Source of the DNA: Cohnella mopanensis | GTDB lineage: Bacteria; Bacillota; Bacilli; Paenibacillales; Paenibacillaceae | DNA: 64,000 nt | Direction: 5' to 3' | Assembly: GCF_022352055.1 (NCBI RefSeq) | Contig: NZ_JAKRWM010000006.1 | Span: forward strand, 320,377-384,376 | Shown: piece after piece, positions 1-9,658 of the stretch | How positions within the stretch are numbered: the stretch's first letter is position 1 | Layout: each line of letters starts with the position of its first letter | Translations under genes and position numbers: made by a program | The notes under the pieces: model-generated | Seen by the model: the letters and a program-made list of their open reading frames with translations, nothing else | Databases searched by the model: none | What the model was told of the DNA's origin: nothing

Positions 1-1
1 G

Positions 2-175
2 CGGGAAAGCCAACCTGTGATCTCGGGTTCTGATGCGGCTCATCCGATTCACATGCCGGAGGGTACGGCGATTGTGGGTTCCGATGCGGCTCATTTGTTT
101 CGCATGCCAGACGATACGGAGATTGCGGAGATGTGCGAGCAACTTAGGCAGCGGTATCCTTTGCCTAGACCTTAG
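2..175 (+). CDS. 3' end of a CDS truncated by the window edge. Predicted C-terminus is ...VISGSDAAHPIHMPEGTAIVGSDAAHLFRMPDDTEIAEMCEQLRQRYPLPRP*, containing two copies of a GSDAAH-type repeat.
   Basis: An open frame runs from the window edge to TAG at 173-175. Codon usage is GC-rich and matches the neighbouring genes. A 55-bp internal direct repeat (GGTTC[TC]GATGCGGCTCAT...) is in phase. Function is unknown. Confidence 0.3.
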   Translation, partial: RESQPVISGSDAAHPIHMPEGTAIVGSDAAHLFRMPDDTEIAEMCEQLRQRYPLPRP

Positions 176-225
176 ACTATGGATAATGTCGGGTGCCCCA
201 TGAGACTCACCTCGTCCCCATAACT

Positions 226-410
226 GTAAATGTACAGTTATTTCCCATGTTATCCTCGCTATTTAATTAAATAACGGGAAAATTACAGCTATTTAGGCAG
301 AATGCTCGGACTATCTTCCCCCATCTGCGATAATAACTGGACTTTTACAGGTATTTGCTAATAAGTAACCTTTCCACGCTGACTAAATGTATTTTTACAG
401 GTATTTCTTA
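226..410. repeat. Four direct copies of TT(T)TACAG[GCT]TATTT spaced 50-62 bp apart, with TACAG cores at 233, 284, 346 and 396. The first copy sits in the palindrome AACTGTAAATGTACAGTT. One TAACGGGAAAA motif lies at 283-293.
   Basis: Read directly from the sequence. The region is intergenic, between the stop of the upstream partial CDS and a small minus-strand ORF. Confidence 0.6.
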
Positions 411-544
411 TCCGCATCTATTCACATGACCACGTTTCATAAATCCGCTTCACCGCCCTTCGCAAGCGAAACGCTTTCTGATCGCAACAAAAAGCCCCGA
501 CAGGCTGCGCTTCGCAGTCTATTGGGGCCATCGGTATTCGATGA

Positions 545-724
545 TTAAACTTTTTTACTCGCGGAGTTGATCTCATGCTCGTTCTGATGCCATTTTCTAA
601 CCATGCCTTGATAGAACAGGTTCTCTTGTCCGGTTAACCCTTGCTTGTTATCCTTCATGATCATCGATCCAATGTTACGTTTCAGGATCTCGCTACGGCG
701 CCTTAACATTTCAATGTGAGTCAT
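545..724 (-). CDS. Small hypothetical protein of 59 aa (MTHIEMLRRRSEILKRNIGSMIMKDNKQGLTGQENLFYQGMVRKWHQNEHEINSASKKV). It is absent from the ORF track, which omits ORFs under 60 aa.
   Basis: ATG at 724 is preceded by GGAGG with a 9-nt spacer. The frame is intact to TAA at 545-547. No family was recognised. Confidence 0.35.
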   Translation of the reverse strand: MTHIEMLRRRSEILKRNIGSMIMKDNKQGLTGQENLFYQGMVRKWHQNEHEINSASKKV

Positions 725-911
725 GCTGTAATACCTCCGGATGATGTTCTCCCTTTAAGTGTACCGATTATCCTTAGCCATGGAAAACCGCATACGGGAG
801 CCTCTCGCCCGATAAGACGCGCTAAGAAATAATGAGATTTCGTCCAGCCGCTATTTTCGGAAAAATCCTTCTATATCCTCTATATAACGTTCCCATCGCA
901 AGTCGCAAGAA

Positions 912-935
912 GAGACCAGCTTGGCAGCTGGTCTC
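912..935 (-). terminator. Perfect 10-bp inverted repeat GAGACCAGCT-tggc-AGCTGGTCTC placed 33 nt after the stop of the binding-protein gene on the minus strand.
   Basis: The hairpin is read from the sequence. The downstream run (minus-strand sense TCTTCTTGCG) is only moderately T-rich. Confidence 0.45.
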
Positions 936-967
936 ATCATCGTCAATCCGATGGGTCTATCCGATTC

Positions 968-2083
968 TTAGTAAACCGCTTTCCACTCCGCGATGTTGGA
1001 AGCATCGAATTTGAACGGGGCGCCAAGCATGATTTGCGTGCCTTCGCCGTCCGCGATAACTTCTTTCTCGCCCAGCGTACCTGCCGTCAATTTGTCGCCT
1101 ACTTTACCGGTAATCGTTCCTTTAACGAGAGCATCGGCCGCATAGCCGGACAGGTATCCTACGTCAAGCGGATTCCACAGGTACATCCAAGGGCATACGC
1201 CGCTTTCGATGTATTCCGCCATTTCGCTCGGCAGGCCAAGGCCGGTCAATTGCACTTTGCCTTTGAGCCCTTTGTCCGTCAATACTTTACCCGCGGCAGC
1301 GATCCCTACCGTAGTCGGAGCAATGATTCCCTTGAGGTTAGGATACGATTTAAGCAGAGCTTCCGTCTCGGATACGCTCTTGTCGCGAAGATCGTCGCCG
1401 TAAGCCACTTTAACCAATTTAACGTCTTTGTATTTCGGATCTTCCAATTCTTTTTTCATCCACTCGATCCAAGCATTCTGGTTCGTTGCTTGGGATGTCG
1501 CGCTAAGAATGGCAATTTCGCCGGATCCGCCGATCATCTCGACTACGCCTTGGATCAGCGTACGTCCGATAAGCTCGGGATCTGCTTGGTTCACGTGGAC
1601 CAAGCGACTTTCCGCGTTAACGGCGGAATCGAGGGACAACACTTTGATTCCGGCTTTCATCGCTTTTTCCAAAGCCGGTTGAAGAGCATCCGGGTCATTG
1701 CCGACGATAGCGAGAGCATCGACCTTCTGAGAGATCAACTCGTCGATCATCGTAATTTGAGCTTCCGCGGTCGGTTGGTCGGGCGCTTTCAGAATCGCTT
1801 CGTAACCGAGCTCCTCGATCGCTTTCTTGTACCCTTCCATTTCCTTCTCGCCGTACGGGTTACCGGTATTCTTAAAGATGATAGCGAATTTCTTCTTGCC
1901 GCCCGCATCGCCGGACGGCGCCTTGCTCTCCCCGGAGGCTTTCGGGCTGCTCGAGGCTTCATTGCCGCCTTTGTCGTTATTGCTTCCGCAAGCCGATACG
2001 AGTACCATCAACATCACTGCCGTCAGACAGATTCCCAAAAACTTTTTCACTTTCATTTCCTCCCTTTTCGTCTGTAATTTCAT
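968..2083 (-). CDS. Periplasmic sugar-binding lipoprotein of an ABC transporter (rhamnose-binding RhaS-like, PBP type I fold).
   Basis: Signal peptide plus lipobox (LVSACGSNN). Ribose/LsrB-like PBP fold motifs are present. It is the last gene of an operon carrying an RhaM-like mutarotase, a two-domain ATPase and two permeases, the same gene set as Rhizobium rhaSTPQ plus rhaU. Confidence 0.8.
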   Translation of the reverse strand: MKLQTKREEMKVKKFLGICLTAVMLMVLVSACGSNNDKGGNEASSSPKASGESKAPSGDAGGKKKFAIIFKNTGNPYGEKEMEGYKKAIEELGYEAILKAPDQPTAEAQITMIDELISQKVDALAIVGNDPDALQPALEKAMKAGIKVLSLDSAVNAESRLVHVNQADPELIGRTLIQGVVEMIGGSGEIAILSATSQATNQNAWIEWMKKELEDPKYKDVKLVKVAYGDDLRDKSVSETEALLKSYPNLKGIIAPTTVGIAAAGKVLTDKGLKGKVQLTGLGLPSEMAEYIESGVCPWMYLWNPLDVGYLSGYAADALVKGTITGKVGDKLTAGTLGEKEVIADGEGTQIMLGAPFKFDASNIAEWKAVY

Positions 2084-2121
2084 CTATACATAACAGTCTT
2101 CGGACCGTAATGTAGCGCGAG

Positions 2122-3111
2122 TCACTTCTTGCGTCCCGTGGCGAAGCGTTGCTTGAGCTGCGGGATCGCCACCGAGAAAATAAGCAATAAACCTAAGATG
2201 ATGAGCAGCATTTGGGCGGATACGTTCACGAGTCCTAGCCCGTATCGCAGGAAGCCGATCAGGAATACCGCAAGAATCGCCCCGATCATCCTGCCCTTTC
2301 CTCCAGCCGTGCTGATCCCGCCGAGCACGACCATCGCAATGACTTCGAGCTCATACCCCGTCGCGATGTTCGGACGCGTGCTTCCCATTCGCGAGGTCAG
2401 GAAGATTGCCGTTACGGCAGCCATCAACCCGGCAAGCGTGAAGACGACGATCTTGATTCTATCTACTTGAACGCCGGAGTACCGGCTCGCCGTAGCATTG
2501 TTGCCGATCGCGTATACCCGTCTGCCGAAAGTCGTCTTGTGGAGCAATATCCAGAAAACGACGGCGACCACCACGAAAGCGATAAGAATGAAAGGAATGC
2601 TGCCCACATAGTCCCACGCCAGAAACTTGAACCATTTCGGAAATTTGCCCGAAGCCTGATCTTCCAGCAAGATATAAGCGATTCCCCTGTAGATGATCAT
2701 CGTCGCCAAGGTCACGATAACCGCGGACAGCTCCTTAAATCTGACGATCAGCATTCCGTTAATCCAACCGCATAACGTGCCTACCGCCAAACAAATAACC
2801 ATGGCCATTTCCATCGGCATTCCGTGATTGTACAAATCGGCCATGATGACGGAGGATAAAGCAACGGTCGAACCGACGGAGATGTCGATATCTCCCATCA
2901 GGATGATGAACACCATCGGCAGCACGATGAAGGCCTTATCCAAGAACCCCATCGTCGCGTCCCTCAGGTTATCGTAGTCCATGAAATACTCGGACAAATT
3001 CGCGTTCATGACGAACACGGCCATAATCAGGACGACCAGCAGCCACTCCCATTGGAGGAAAAAGCCTTTAAGCGTAAAATCCTTCTTGTTCGCAAGCAAT
3101 CTCGGTTCCAT
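2122..3111 (-). CDS. ABC transporter permease, RbsC/RhaQ-like, ~10 TM segments.
   Basis: Hydrophobic polytopic protein with the branched-chain/ribose permease family signature. A 3-nt gap separates it from the upstream permease. Confidence 0.8.
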   Translation of the reverse strand: MEPRLLANKKDFTLKGFFLQWEWLLVVLIMAVFVMNANLSEYFMDYDNLRDATMGFLDKAFIVLPMVFIILMGDIDISVGSTVALSSVIMADLYNHGMPMEMAMVICLAVGTLCGWINGMLIVRFKELSAVIVTLATMIIYRGIAYILLEDQASGKFPKWFKFLAWDYVGSIPFILIAFVVVAVVFWILLHKTTFGRRVYAIGNNATASRYSGVQVDRIKIVVFTLAGLMAAVTAIFLTSRMGSTRPNIATGYELEVIAMVVLGGISTAGGKGRMIGAILAVFLIGFLRYGLGLVNVSAQMLLIILGLLLIFSVAIPQLKQRFATGRKK

Positions 3112-3114
3112 GGC

Positions 3115-4176
3115 TTATATTTTCCTCCTCATCAGATGATTGCGGTCGATTCCCCGCTTGACCAGAGCATTGACCAGCACGGCTATGAGGATAATCGTCC
3201 CTTGAATGAACATTTGCCAGAACGGCGAAACGTTGATCATCGGAAGGGCGTTGTTCAATATTCCGAGCAAGACCGAGCCGAGCACGATTCCGGATATTTT
3301 CCCTACGCCGCCGGCGATGCTGACCCCGCCGAGCACGCAGGCCGCGATGACGCTAAGCTCGTAACCGGATGCGGTATCTCCTTGAGCAGAGGCGAATTTG
3401 GATACCCATAGCACGCCCGCAAGCCCGGATAGACCGCCCATGATCGTATACACCAGCCACAAAATTCTGCCCGTGCGAATCCCGCTGATCTCCGCCGAAT
3501 CCGGGTTGCTCCCGACCGCGTAAATCCGTCTCCCCGTACGGGTGTGGCTTACGAAATAATAAGCAACGATGTAGATAAGAATGGCGATCAGGATCAGATT
3601 GTTAATCCCGAATACCGAGCCCGTCGCGATGGCTTTGAAGCTGGCCGGCATCTGATGCGCGCTGACCCATTTTCCGCCGCTCGTCTCGAAGGTTAATCCC
3701 CGGAACACGTTCATCATTCCCAAGGTCGCGATGATCGGCAGAATATTGACCCAAGCAACCAGGAAGCCGAGCACCATCCCGCATACCAATCCGATTCCGA
3801 CTCCTACCGCAACCGCAAGCAGCGGATGCAGTTCCGGGTAATGGCTTACCGTCAACGCGGCGGTCATTCCCGACAAGGCTAACGTCGCTCCTATCGATAG
3901 ATCGATACCTCTCGTAATGATGACCAGCATCATTCCGACTGCCAGAATGCTGAGGATCGCCGTATTCGTAGCAATATCGCTTATATTTTCCCATGTGAGG
4001 AAACTCGGATTGCGAAGCTGTACGCCAACCGATAACAAGAGAATGAAGGCGAGCAGCCCCAGCTCCCGGAATTTCGCGATCATGGCGCTAATCGAACGTT
4101 GCTGCGTTTTTGGTCCTACCTGTGCCCCTTGCAATCCGGCGGACTCCGTTGCTGTTTGTTTCATGCTCCAGCCCAC
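3115..4176 (-). CDS. ABC transporter permease, RbsC/RhaP-like.
   Basis: Polytopic membrane protein paralogous to the 2122..3111 permease. Its start overlaps the ATPase stop by 16 nt. Confidence 0.8.
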   Translation of the reverse strand: MGWSMKQTATESAGLQGAQVGPKTQQRSISAMIAKFRELGLLAFILLLSVGVQLRNPSFLTWENISDIATNTAILSILAVGMMLVIITRGIDLSIGATLALSGMTAALTVSHYPELHPLLAVAVGVGIGLVCGMVLGFLVAWVNILPIIATLGMMNVFRGLTFETSGGKWVSAHQMPASFKAIATGSVFGINNLILIAILIYIVAYYFVSHTRTGRRIYAVGSNPDSAEISGIRTGRILWLVYTIMGGLSGLAGVLWVSKFASAQGDTASGYELSVIAACVLGGVSIAGGVGKISGIVLGSVLLGILNNALPMINVSPFWQMFIQGTIILIAVLVNALVKRGIDRNHLMRRKI

Positions 4177-5696
4177 CTCTTACCGTCTGTATTTGGCGCC
4201 GTGTCATCCATCGACGCTTCCAGAATCGCCTCCTGCGTCAGGCCTTTCCGGTCTAGCATTGCCGTTACCCGGCCTTCGCGCATGACCGCCACTCTATCGC
4301 ACATCCCGATGATTTCCGGCATTTCGGAAGACACGAGAATGATGCCGTATCCGGCGCACGCCAGATCGCTTATCATTTCGTAGATCGCGGATTTCGCTCC
4401 GACGTCCACCCCTTTAGTAGGTTCATCCAAGATGAGCACGTCGAGCTCGGCCGTAAGCAGCTTGGCGAATACGACCTTCTGTTGATTGCCTCCCGACAGG
4501 GAACTGGCGAGATCGAACACGCTCTTGGCTTTGACGCTCACTTTCTCCGCCAGCCGTTTCGCGACGTCCAATTCCTTGCGGGAATTGACCATGCCTTTGT
4601 TCGCGAATTTGCTCAGCGTCGGCAACGTAATGTTCCGGCCGATTCCCCATTGCAGCACCAAACCTTGCTTCTGCCGATCCTCGGGCAGGTAGCCTATTCC
4701 CTGCTCCATGGCGTCCCGCGGGCTTCTGACTTTGAGCTCCTTGCCTTTGAAGAAAACCTTCCCCTTGTCGAAGCGCTCCACGCCGAACAAAGTTTGGCAT
4801 ACCTCGGTTCTTCCGGCGCCGACAAGCCCGGTCAAGCCCAAAATTTCTCCTCTTCGCAACGAGAACGAAACGTCCGCGAAGTAGCCCGTTTTCCCTAGCC
4901 CTTCCAACCGGAGCAACTCTTCGCCGATGTCCGCTTCTTTCTTAGGGAACAATTGCGAAATCTCTCGCCCGACCATAGCGATAATCAAGTCCGAATTCGA
5001 AATTTCATCCACGTTCCAAGTTCCGATATATCGGGAGTCCCGGAATACCGTCACCTTGCTAGCCAAACGATACATATCTTCAAAACGGTGAGAGATAAAA
5101 ATGATAGAAGCTCCGTTATCCCTCAACCGTTCCGCGATCCGATACAATTCTTCGCTCTCGTTTTTCGTTAGCGCCGCCGTCGGTTCGTCCATGATGATGA
5201 TTTTGGCGTCCACCGACAGCGCTTTGGCAATCTCGACGATCTGTTGCTCGGCGACGCTAAGCGCGCCCATCAGCGTCTTCGGACTGAAGCTCGCGCCTAA
5301 TTCCTTCAGCAGGCTTCCCGCTTCCTCATGCATTTCGCTCCAACGGATGCGCCTTGTCCCCCGTTGGATTTTCTCATGGCCCATGAATATGTTTTCCGTC
5401 ACGCTAAGATCGGGATAACAGGTCACATGCTGATAAATAGCCGCGATTCCCGCTTTCTGGGCATCCGTGGGATGGCGGAATTCCACCTTCCGGCCGTTCA
5501 GGTACATCTCGCCTTCCTCGGGAGAATGAACGCCGGTGATGACCTTGATGAAGGTCGATTTGCCCGCTCCGTTCTCGCCCATCAAGGCATGAATTTCTCC
5601 CGGCTTCAACTTGAAATAAACGTCGTCCAGAGCTTTAACCCCTGGGAATATTTTGGTGATGCCTTTAAGCTCTAGCACGTATTCCGAATTGGCCAT
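4161..5696 (-). CDS. Sugar ABC transporter ATP-binding protein with two fused ABC domains (RbsA/MglA/RhaT-like).
   Basis: Walker A motifs GENGAGKST and GLVGAGRTE. Signature motifs LSVAEQQ and LSGGNQQK. 511 aa. Confidence 0.9.
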   Translation of the reverse strand: MANSEYVLELKGITKIFPGVKALDDVYFKLKPGEIHALMGENGAGKSTFIKVITGVHSPEEGEMYLNGRKVEFRHPTDAQKAGIAAIYQHVTCYPDLSVTENIFMGHEKIQRGTRRIRWSEMHEEAGSLLKELGASFSPKTLMGALSVAEQQIVEIAKALSVDAKIIIMDEPTAALTKNESEELYRIAERLRDNGASIIFISHRFEDMYRLASKVTVFRDSRYIGTWNVDEISNSDLIIAMVGREISQLFPKKEADIGEELLRLEGLGKTGYFADVSFSLRRGEILGLTGLVGAGRTEVCQTLFGVERFDKGKVFFKGKELKVRSPRDAMEQGIGYLPEDRQKQGLVLQWGIGRNITLPTLSKFANKGMVNSRKELDVAKRLAEKVSVKAKSVFDLASSLSGGNQQKVVFAKLLTAELDVLILDEPTKGVDVGAKSAIYEMISDLACAGYGIILVSSEMPEIIGMCDRVAVMREGRVTAMLDRKGLTQEAILEASMDDTAPNTDGKRWAGA

Positions 5697-5867
5697 GCCC
5701 GCTTCTCCTCCTTCTCTCTAGGTGCCTCTCTTTCTCGTAAACTAAAGATACAGGTGATAGCGCTTTCTCCATAGGAGACATTATTCAGGTTGGGGGGATA
5801 AAACACGGGTAACGCAAAAAAACCGAACGCCAATTATCGGCGTCCGGGTCAATATCCTGGTGCTATG

Positions 5868-6194
5868 TCATTTCAAGTAGAACACTTCGCGCATCGGCCT
5901 TATAGGTTCGGCTTCCTTAAAATCGAAGGAGCCTTCGACCATCTTCGAGGTGATCGCGTTCCAGCGACTGCACGCCTCGCTTTCCGCGATGATCCCGAAA
6001 GCCGCCTCCACGTCGTCGCACTCGAAGCAATAGAAAAACTGATTGCCGTTCTGGAAGATGGAGTAATTCCGAATTCCCGCGCGGGAATGCTCTTCCATGA
6101 TCTCCGGCCAAGGGGACAAATGCATCTCCACGTATTCCGCCAAGCATTCCTCTTTAATCTTCCATGTCCATGCAAACTTATTACTCGGGTTCAT
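5868..6194 (-). CDS. rhaM: L-rhamnose mutarotase (RhaM/RhaU family, DUF718), 108 aa. The ORF-track version 5868..6317 is over-extended at the 5' end.
   Basis: The internal start MNPSNKFAWTWKIK at 6194 has a GGAGGAG RBS 6 nt upstream. The protein ends in EVFYLK and contains the WNAITS...F motif typical of rhamnose mutarotases. Its start overlaps the stop of the upstream response regulator by 14 nt. Confidence 0.7.
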   Translation of the reverse strand: MNPSNKFAWTWKIKEECLAEYVEMHLSPWPEIMEEHSRAGIRNYSIFQNGNQFFYCFECDDVEAAFGIIAESEACSRWNAITSKMVEGSFDFKEAEPIRPMREVFYLK

Positions 6195-7839
6195 TATATC
6201 CGTCTCCTCCTTGGAAGATCGTCTGCTCTCTGAATTTAGACGGAGTTTGCCCCGTCCAGTTCTTAAACAAACGACTGAAATACTTAACGTCCTGATAACC
6301 GATCCGACAGCATACATCCTGCAGCTTCAAGCGCGGGTCGGCCAGCAGCTCCTTCGCTCTCTCAATTCGTTGCCGGGTTAAATAGTCGAGCACGGTATCC
6401 CCGGTTTGCATTTTGAACACTTCGCTGAAATAGGTCGGGTTCATGTACACTTGATCGGCGATTTTCTTGATCGTAACGTCCTGATCCAAGTGGTCGTTAA
6501 TCCAACCTTTCGCTTGTTCCACCGGCTTCTTGTTGCTGCTCTCGCGGGCTTTGCGAATATCTCCGATCACGCGATCCATTAACTGCTTCACGCACATCTT
6601 CAGCTCGTGCAAATTGCTTGCCCTCTCTACCTTGTGAAGCTCGTCCTCGAGGGACGCCGAGTCTTCGATCCCGCTGCGGCTCTCCAACCCTGTCGAATGT
6701 ATCAGGATGATCGCGTTCTGAACCGCCTTATGCAAGTTAGCCGGAGAATCCAGACGATCCCATTGATCGAAGATGAGCTTGGCATTGTCGGCGGCTTCTT
6801 CCGGATTGCCTTGTTCTACGCTGCGCTTGAGCTTCTGGGCCAGTAGAGACAGATCCTTGTCGTTCAGAGCCGAAGATTTGCCTTCTTCATTCAAGCTCTC
6901 CGGTCTGAACACTTGATTGCCTCCATGGAGGAACCGGTAGTTCATGAGAGCCATCGCTTGGCGCTTAGCTTCGGGTAGAACGTATAAATCCTGTAAGCCG
7001 TCTCCGTAAGCGACGGATACCGAGAAGGGGGTATACGTCTGGATAGCGGAACGGATGTTAACCGCCAGATCGTAAGCAGCGGTCCCCCAATCGAAATCGG
7101 GCTCAGGGCTGTACAGCAGCATCCAGAAGTCCGATTCCGCCCCCCGCCAGCTCCATCCGAGCTGGTCCGTCTGCCGGAATTGATTGTCCAGCAGCTCGCC
7201 CATAATATTCTCGAGCGCGTAGAAGTAAGCTTTCCAATCGTTAGGCTTATAACTTCTCGTCTTCACGGGCAGCGTATCCATACGAATGGATAGCAGTACG
7301 TAGGACCCCTTCGGAAATTCGTCAACCCAATAGCCTAGCGTGGCCATGTCGATTCCCATGGAGGTAATATAGCTTAACGTTTGAGTTTGCCTTGTTTTCT
7401 TCAACTGCTCGGATTCCCGCACCATTTCTCCGCGCTTAAGGCTTTGGTAACGCCCATTGGATATGATCGTTCGAATCTCCGCCATCCGCATACGGAATTG
7501 TTCGCGGTCGACGGGCTTAAGAAGATAATCCAACGCTCCTTCCCGCAAAGCCGTTTGCAGGTAAGTAAAATCGTCGTAGCCGCTAATGAGTAACGGATAG
7601 AACGAATATTGCTTTTTCGCTTCCTTGATTAAGGTCAGCCCGTCCATCTCCGGCATCTTCACGTCCGTGATTAATAAATCGATGGCTCCATCCGTCTGAA
7701 GGAAGTAGTCCAGGGCTTCCCTTCCATCGCTCGCCGTGGCCACGACTTCCCAGTCATCCCCGCAAGAATGGACTAGCCGTTCGATGCCGCGGCGAATACG
7801 GGCTTCATCGTCTACAATCAAAGTTCTAATCTTCTCCAT
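6181..7839 (-). CDS. Two-component response regulator with a REC domain and a C-terminal AraC-type HTH (YesN-like).
   Basis: N-terminal IVDDE...D...K receiver motifs and a C-terminal AraC HTH_18 (KIADQVYMNPTYFSEVFK...). Overlaps the histidine kinase by 14 nt. Confidence 0.9.
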   Translation of the reverse strand: MEKIRTLIVDDEARIRRGIERLVHSCGDDWEVVATASDGREALDYFLQTDGAIDLLITDVKMPEMDGLTLIKEAKKQYSFYPLLISGYDDFTYLQTALREGALDYLLKPVDREQFRMRMAEIRTIISNGRYQSLKRGEMVRESEQLKKTRQTQTLSYITSMGIDMATLGYWVDEFPKGSYVLLSIRMDTLPVKTRSYKPNDWKAYFYALENIMGELLDNQFRQTDQLGWSWRGAESDFWMLLYSPEPDFDWGTAAYDLAVNIRSAIQTYTPFSVSVAYGDGLQDLYVLPEAKRQAMALMNYRFLHGGNQVFRPESLNEEGKSSALNDKDLSLLAQKLKRSVEQGNPEEAADNAKLIFDQWDRLDSPANLHKAVQNAIILIHSTGLESRSGIEDSASLEDELHKVERASNLHELKMCVKQLMDRVIGDIRKARESSNKKPVEQAKGWINDHLDQDVTIKKIADQVYMNPTYFSEVFKMQTGDTVLDYLTRQRIERAKELLADPRLKLQDVCCRIGYQDVKYFSRLFKNWTGQTPSKFREQTIFQGGDGYNEPE

Positions 7840-9658
7840 TCACGATCGTCTCCCCGTGGATCATCGGAATCCGGATGATCACTTCTGTCCCCTTATCGAC
7901 AATGCTGTGGAGCTGCAACCCATAGTCCGTCCCATGCATCATCACGATTCTAGCGTTTACGTTAATTAACCCGAAGTGCGAGCTGCGTCCTTCGAAACTG
8001 ATTTTTTTCAGCGATTGCTCTAATTCGCTCAAACGATCGCTTGGAATCCCGGGTCCGTTGTCGCGGATGCGAATGACGATATCCCGCTTCCCGGAACGCG
8101 CCCCGAATTCCTGGCTGACCGCGATATGAATATCCAAAGCTTTGCGGCTCTCCAGCCCGTACTTAATCGCATTCTCCACGATCGGCTGAAGGATGAACTT
8201 AGGACTATAGAGAGCATGGAAGTCCCGATCATCCATGACCTGAACGATATCGAAATGCACTCGATCCTCGAACCTGAACTTCTGAATCGTCAGGTAGTCC
8301 TTCACATGCTGCACTTCTTCCGCGATCGTGACGGATTTCGATTGGTTCGATACGGAGAAACGAAGCATGCGCCCAAGCAGCGTCACCATATCCACGACCT
8401 GCTCGGTCTCCCCTTCCTCTACGGCCATCCCGATCGTCTCGAGCGTATTGTACATAAAATGAGGGTTGATTTGCGATTGCAACGCATAGAGCTCGGCTTC
8501 TTTTTGCCTGATTTCGATCTGATAGTTTTTCTGAATCAGCTCGCGGATCGTCGAGATCATCGAGTTGAAGCTTCGTGCCAGCATGCCGACCTCGTCCCCG
8601 CTTTGAACCTTGAGATCGACCTGGAAGTCTCCCATCTCGACCGACTTCATTAACCCGGTCAGCTTCTTCAAGGGGCGCGTCATGTTGTAGGAGATAAAGA
8701 CCCCGATGATGGAAGTAAGAAGCATGATTCCGATAATTACGAACACGGTTACGTTCCGCACCTGATCCGCACTCTTCGTCAAGTCGCGAAGCGGAATGCT
8801 ATGAACGAGTATCCACCCCCGATTGGAGGTTTGATTGACGCTAACGAGTTTCTGATCCCCCGTTCCGTTGGAGCGGAAGCTTCCGTTAAGCACCGGATAA
8901 CGCGCCTTGTCCCCATCAACAGTTCCGATAAGAGACCGATTCGTATGATAAATGATTTTACCCGACGGGTTCATCACCCACAAATCCGCTCTCTCATTCT
9001 TCTCGAAATTGCGAACGATGTTATCGATGAAGCTAAGGTCTACCGCAATGAGCATCGTTCCTAAGCTTTTGCGATTATCGTCATCGTAAATCTGCTTCAG
9101 AATGAAGACGTAGGGAGCCTCGCTACCGAACTGGAGATCCATCTCCCCGGGCAAAATAATCTTGGCCTTGCCGCCCAGCTCGACATTCTGAACGTAATCG
9201 CTGAGTCCCGCGCTCCAGTTGCTTTCCTTGAAGCCCACCTTGGAACTATAAAATACCCGATTATTGGAAATAACAAATACGCCTAGCACATCGGCATTTC
9301 GTCCGTTCGTGTAGGTTCTAGCCAGATAGCTATTCATATTGTATTGGTCCTTGTTCAGATCAGACCGCTTGACATAAGTCGAGCGCCTAAGAATGCCTAG
9401 AATACTGTCGGAGTTAAATAACATTTCCGGCAGCGTGGTCAGTTCATCGATACGTTTCTCGATGTCCGCGTTCGCCTGATAGAGAAACTTAGGCATGTAT
9501 TCGCCGATCTGTTCTTCGACCGACCTTGCATACTGGATGTAGGAGAAATAAACCAAGAGCATCATCGGGAAAGCCGTCAGGAGAATGTATGTGACGATCA
9601 GCTTATAGCCGATGGGATAATTCCGAAAGTGGAGTCCGCGCATTCTCTTAAAAATCAT
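7826..9658 (-). CDS. Sensor histidine kinase (YesM-like) with two TM segments, a HAMP domain, HisKA_3 and HATPase_c.
   Basis: An H-box (NPHFMYNTLE) and ATPase motifs (DNGPGI; GLGL-like G-box) are present. Confidence 0.9.
   Translation of the reverse strand: MIFKRMRGLHFRNYPIGYKLIVTYILLTAFPMMLLVYFSYIQYARSVEEQIGEYMPKFLYQANADIEKRIDELTTLPEMLFNSDSILGILRRSTYVKRSDLNKDQYNMNSYLARTYTNGRNADVLGVFVISNNRVFYSSKVGFKESNWSAGLSDYVQNVELGGKAKIILPGEMDLQFGSEAPYVFILKQIYDDDNRKSLGTMLIAVDLSFIDNIVRNFEKNERADLWVMNPSGKIIYHTNRSLIGTVDGDKARYPVLNGSFRSNGTGDQKLVSVNQTSNRGWILVHSIPLRDLTKSADQVRNVTVFVIIGIMLLTSIIGVFISYNMTRPLKKLTGLMKSVEMGDFQVDLKVQSGDEVGMLARSFNSMISTIRELIQKNYQIEIRQKEAELYALQSQINPHFMYNTLETIGMAVEEGETEQVVDMVTLLGRMLRFSVSNQSKSVTIAEEVQHVKDYLTIQKFRFEDRVHFDIVQVMDDRDFHALYSPKFILQPIVENAIKYGLESRKALDIHIAVSQEFGARSGKRDIVIRIRDNGPGIPSDRLSELEQSLKKISFEGRSSHFGLINVNARIVMMHGTDYGLQLHSIVDKGTEVIIRIPMIHGETIVNGED

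Noticed and set aside
1034-2077. A 347-aa ORF on the plus strand, plus many similar ORF-track entries elsewhere (for example 3602..3994, 4423..4800, 4482..4898, 5900..6175, 10822..11094, 40537..41019, 54629..55048, 61595..62167).
   Set aside because: They are antisense shadow ORFs inside well-supported GC-rich genes. None has an RBS, the proteins are low-complexity and Arg/Pro-rich, and the opposite-strand gene explains the open frame.
5868-6317. The ORF-track model of 149 aa for the mutarotase gene.
   Set aside because: The first 41 codons have no homology and overlap the response-regulator gene. The internal ATG at 6194 has a GGAGGAG RBS and gives a canonical RhaM of about 108 aa.
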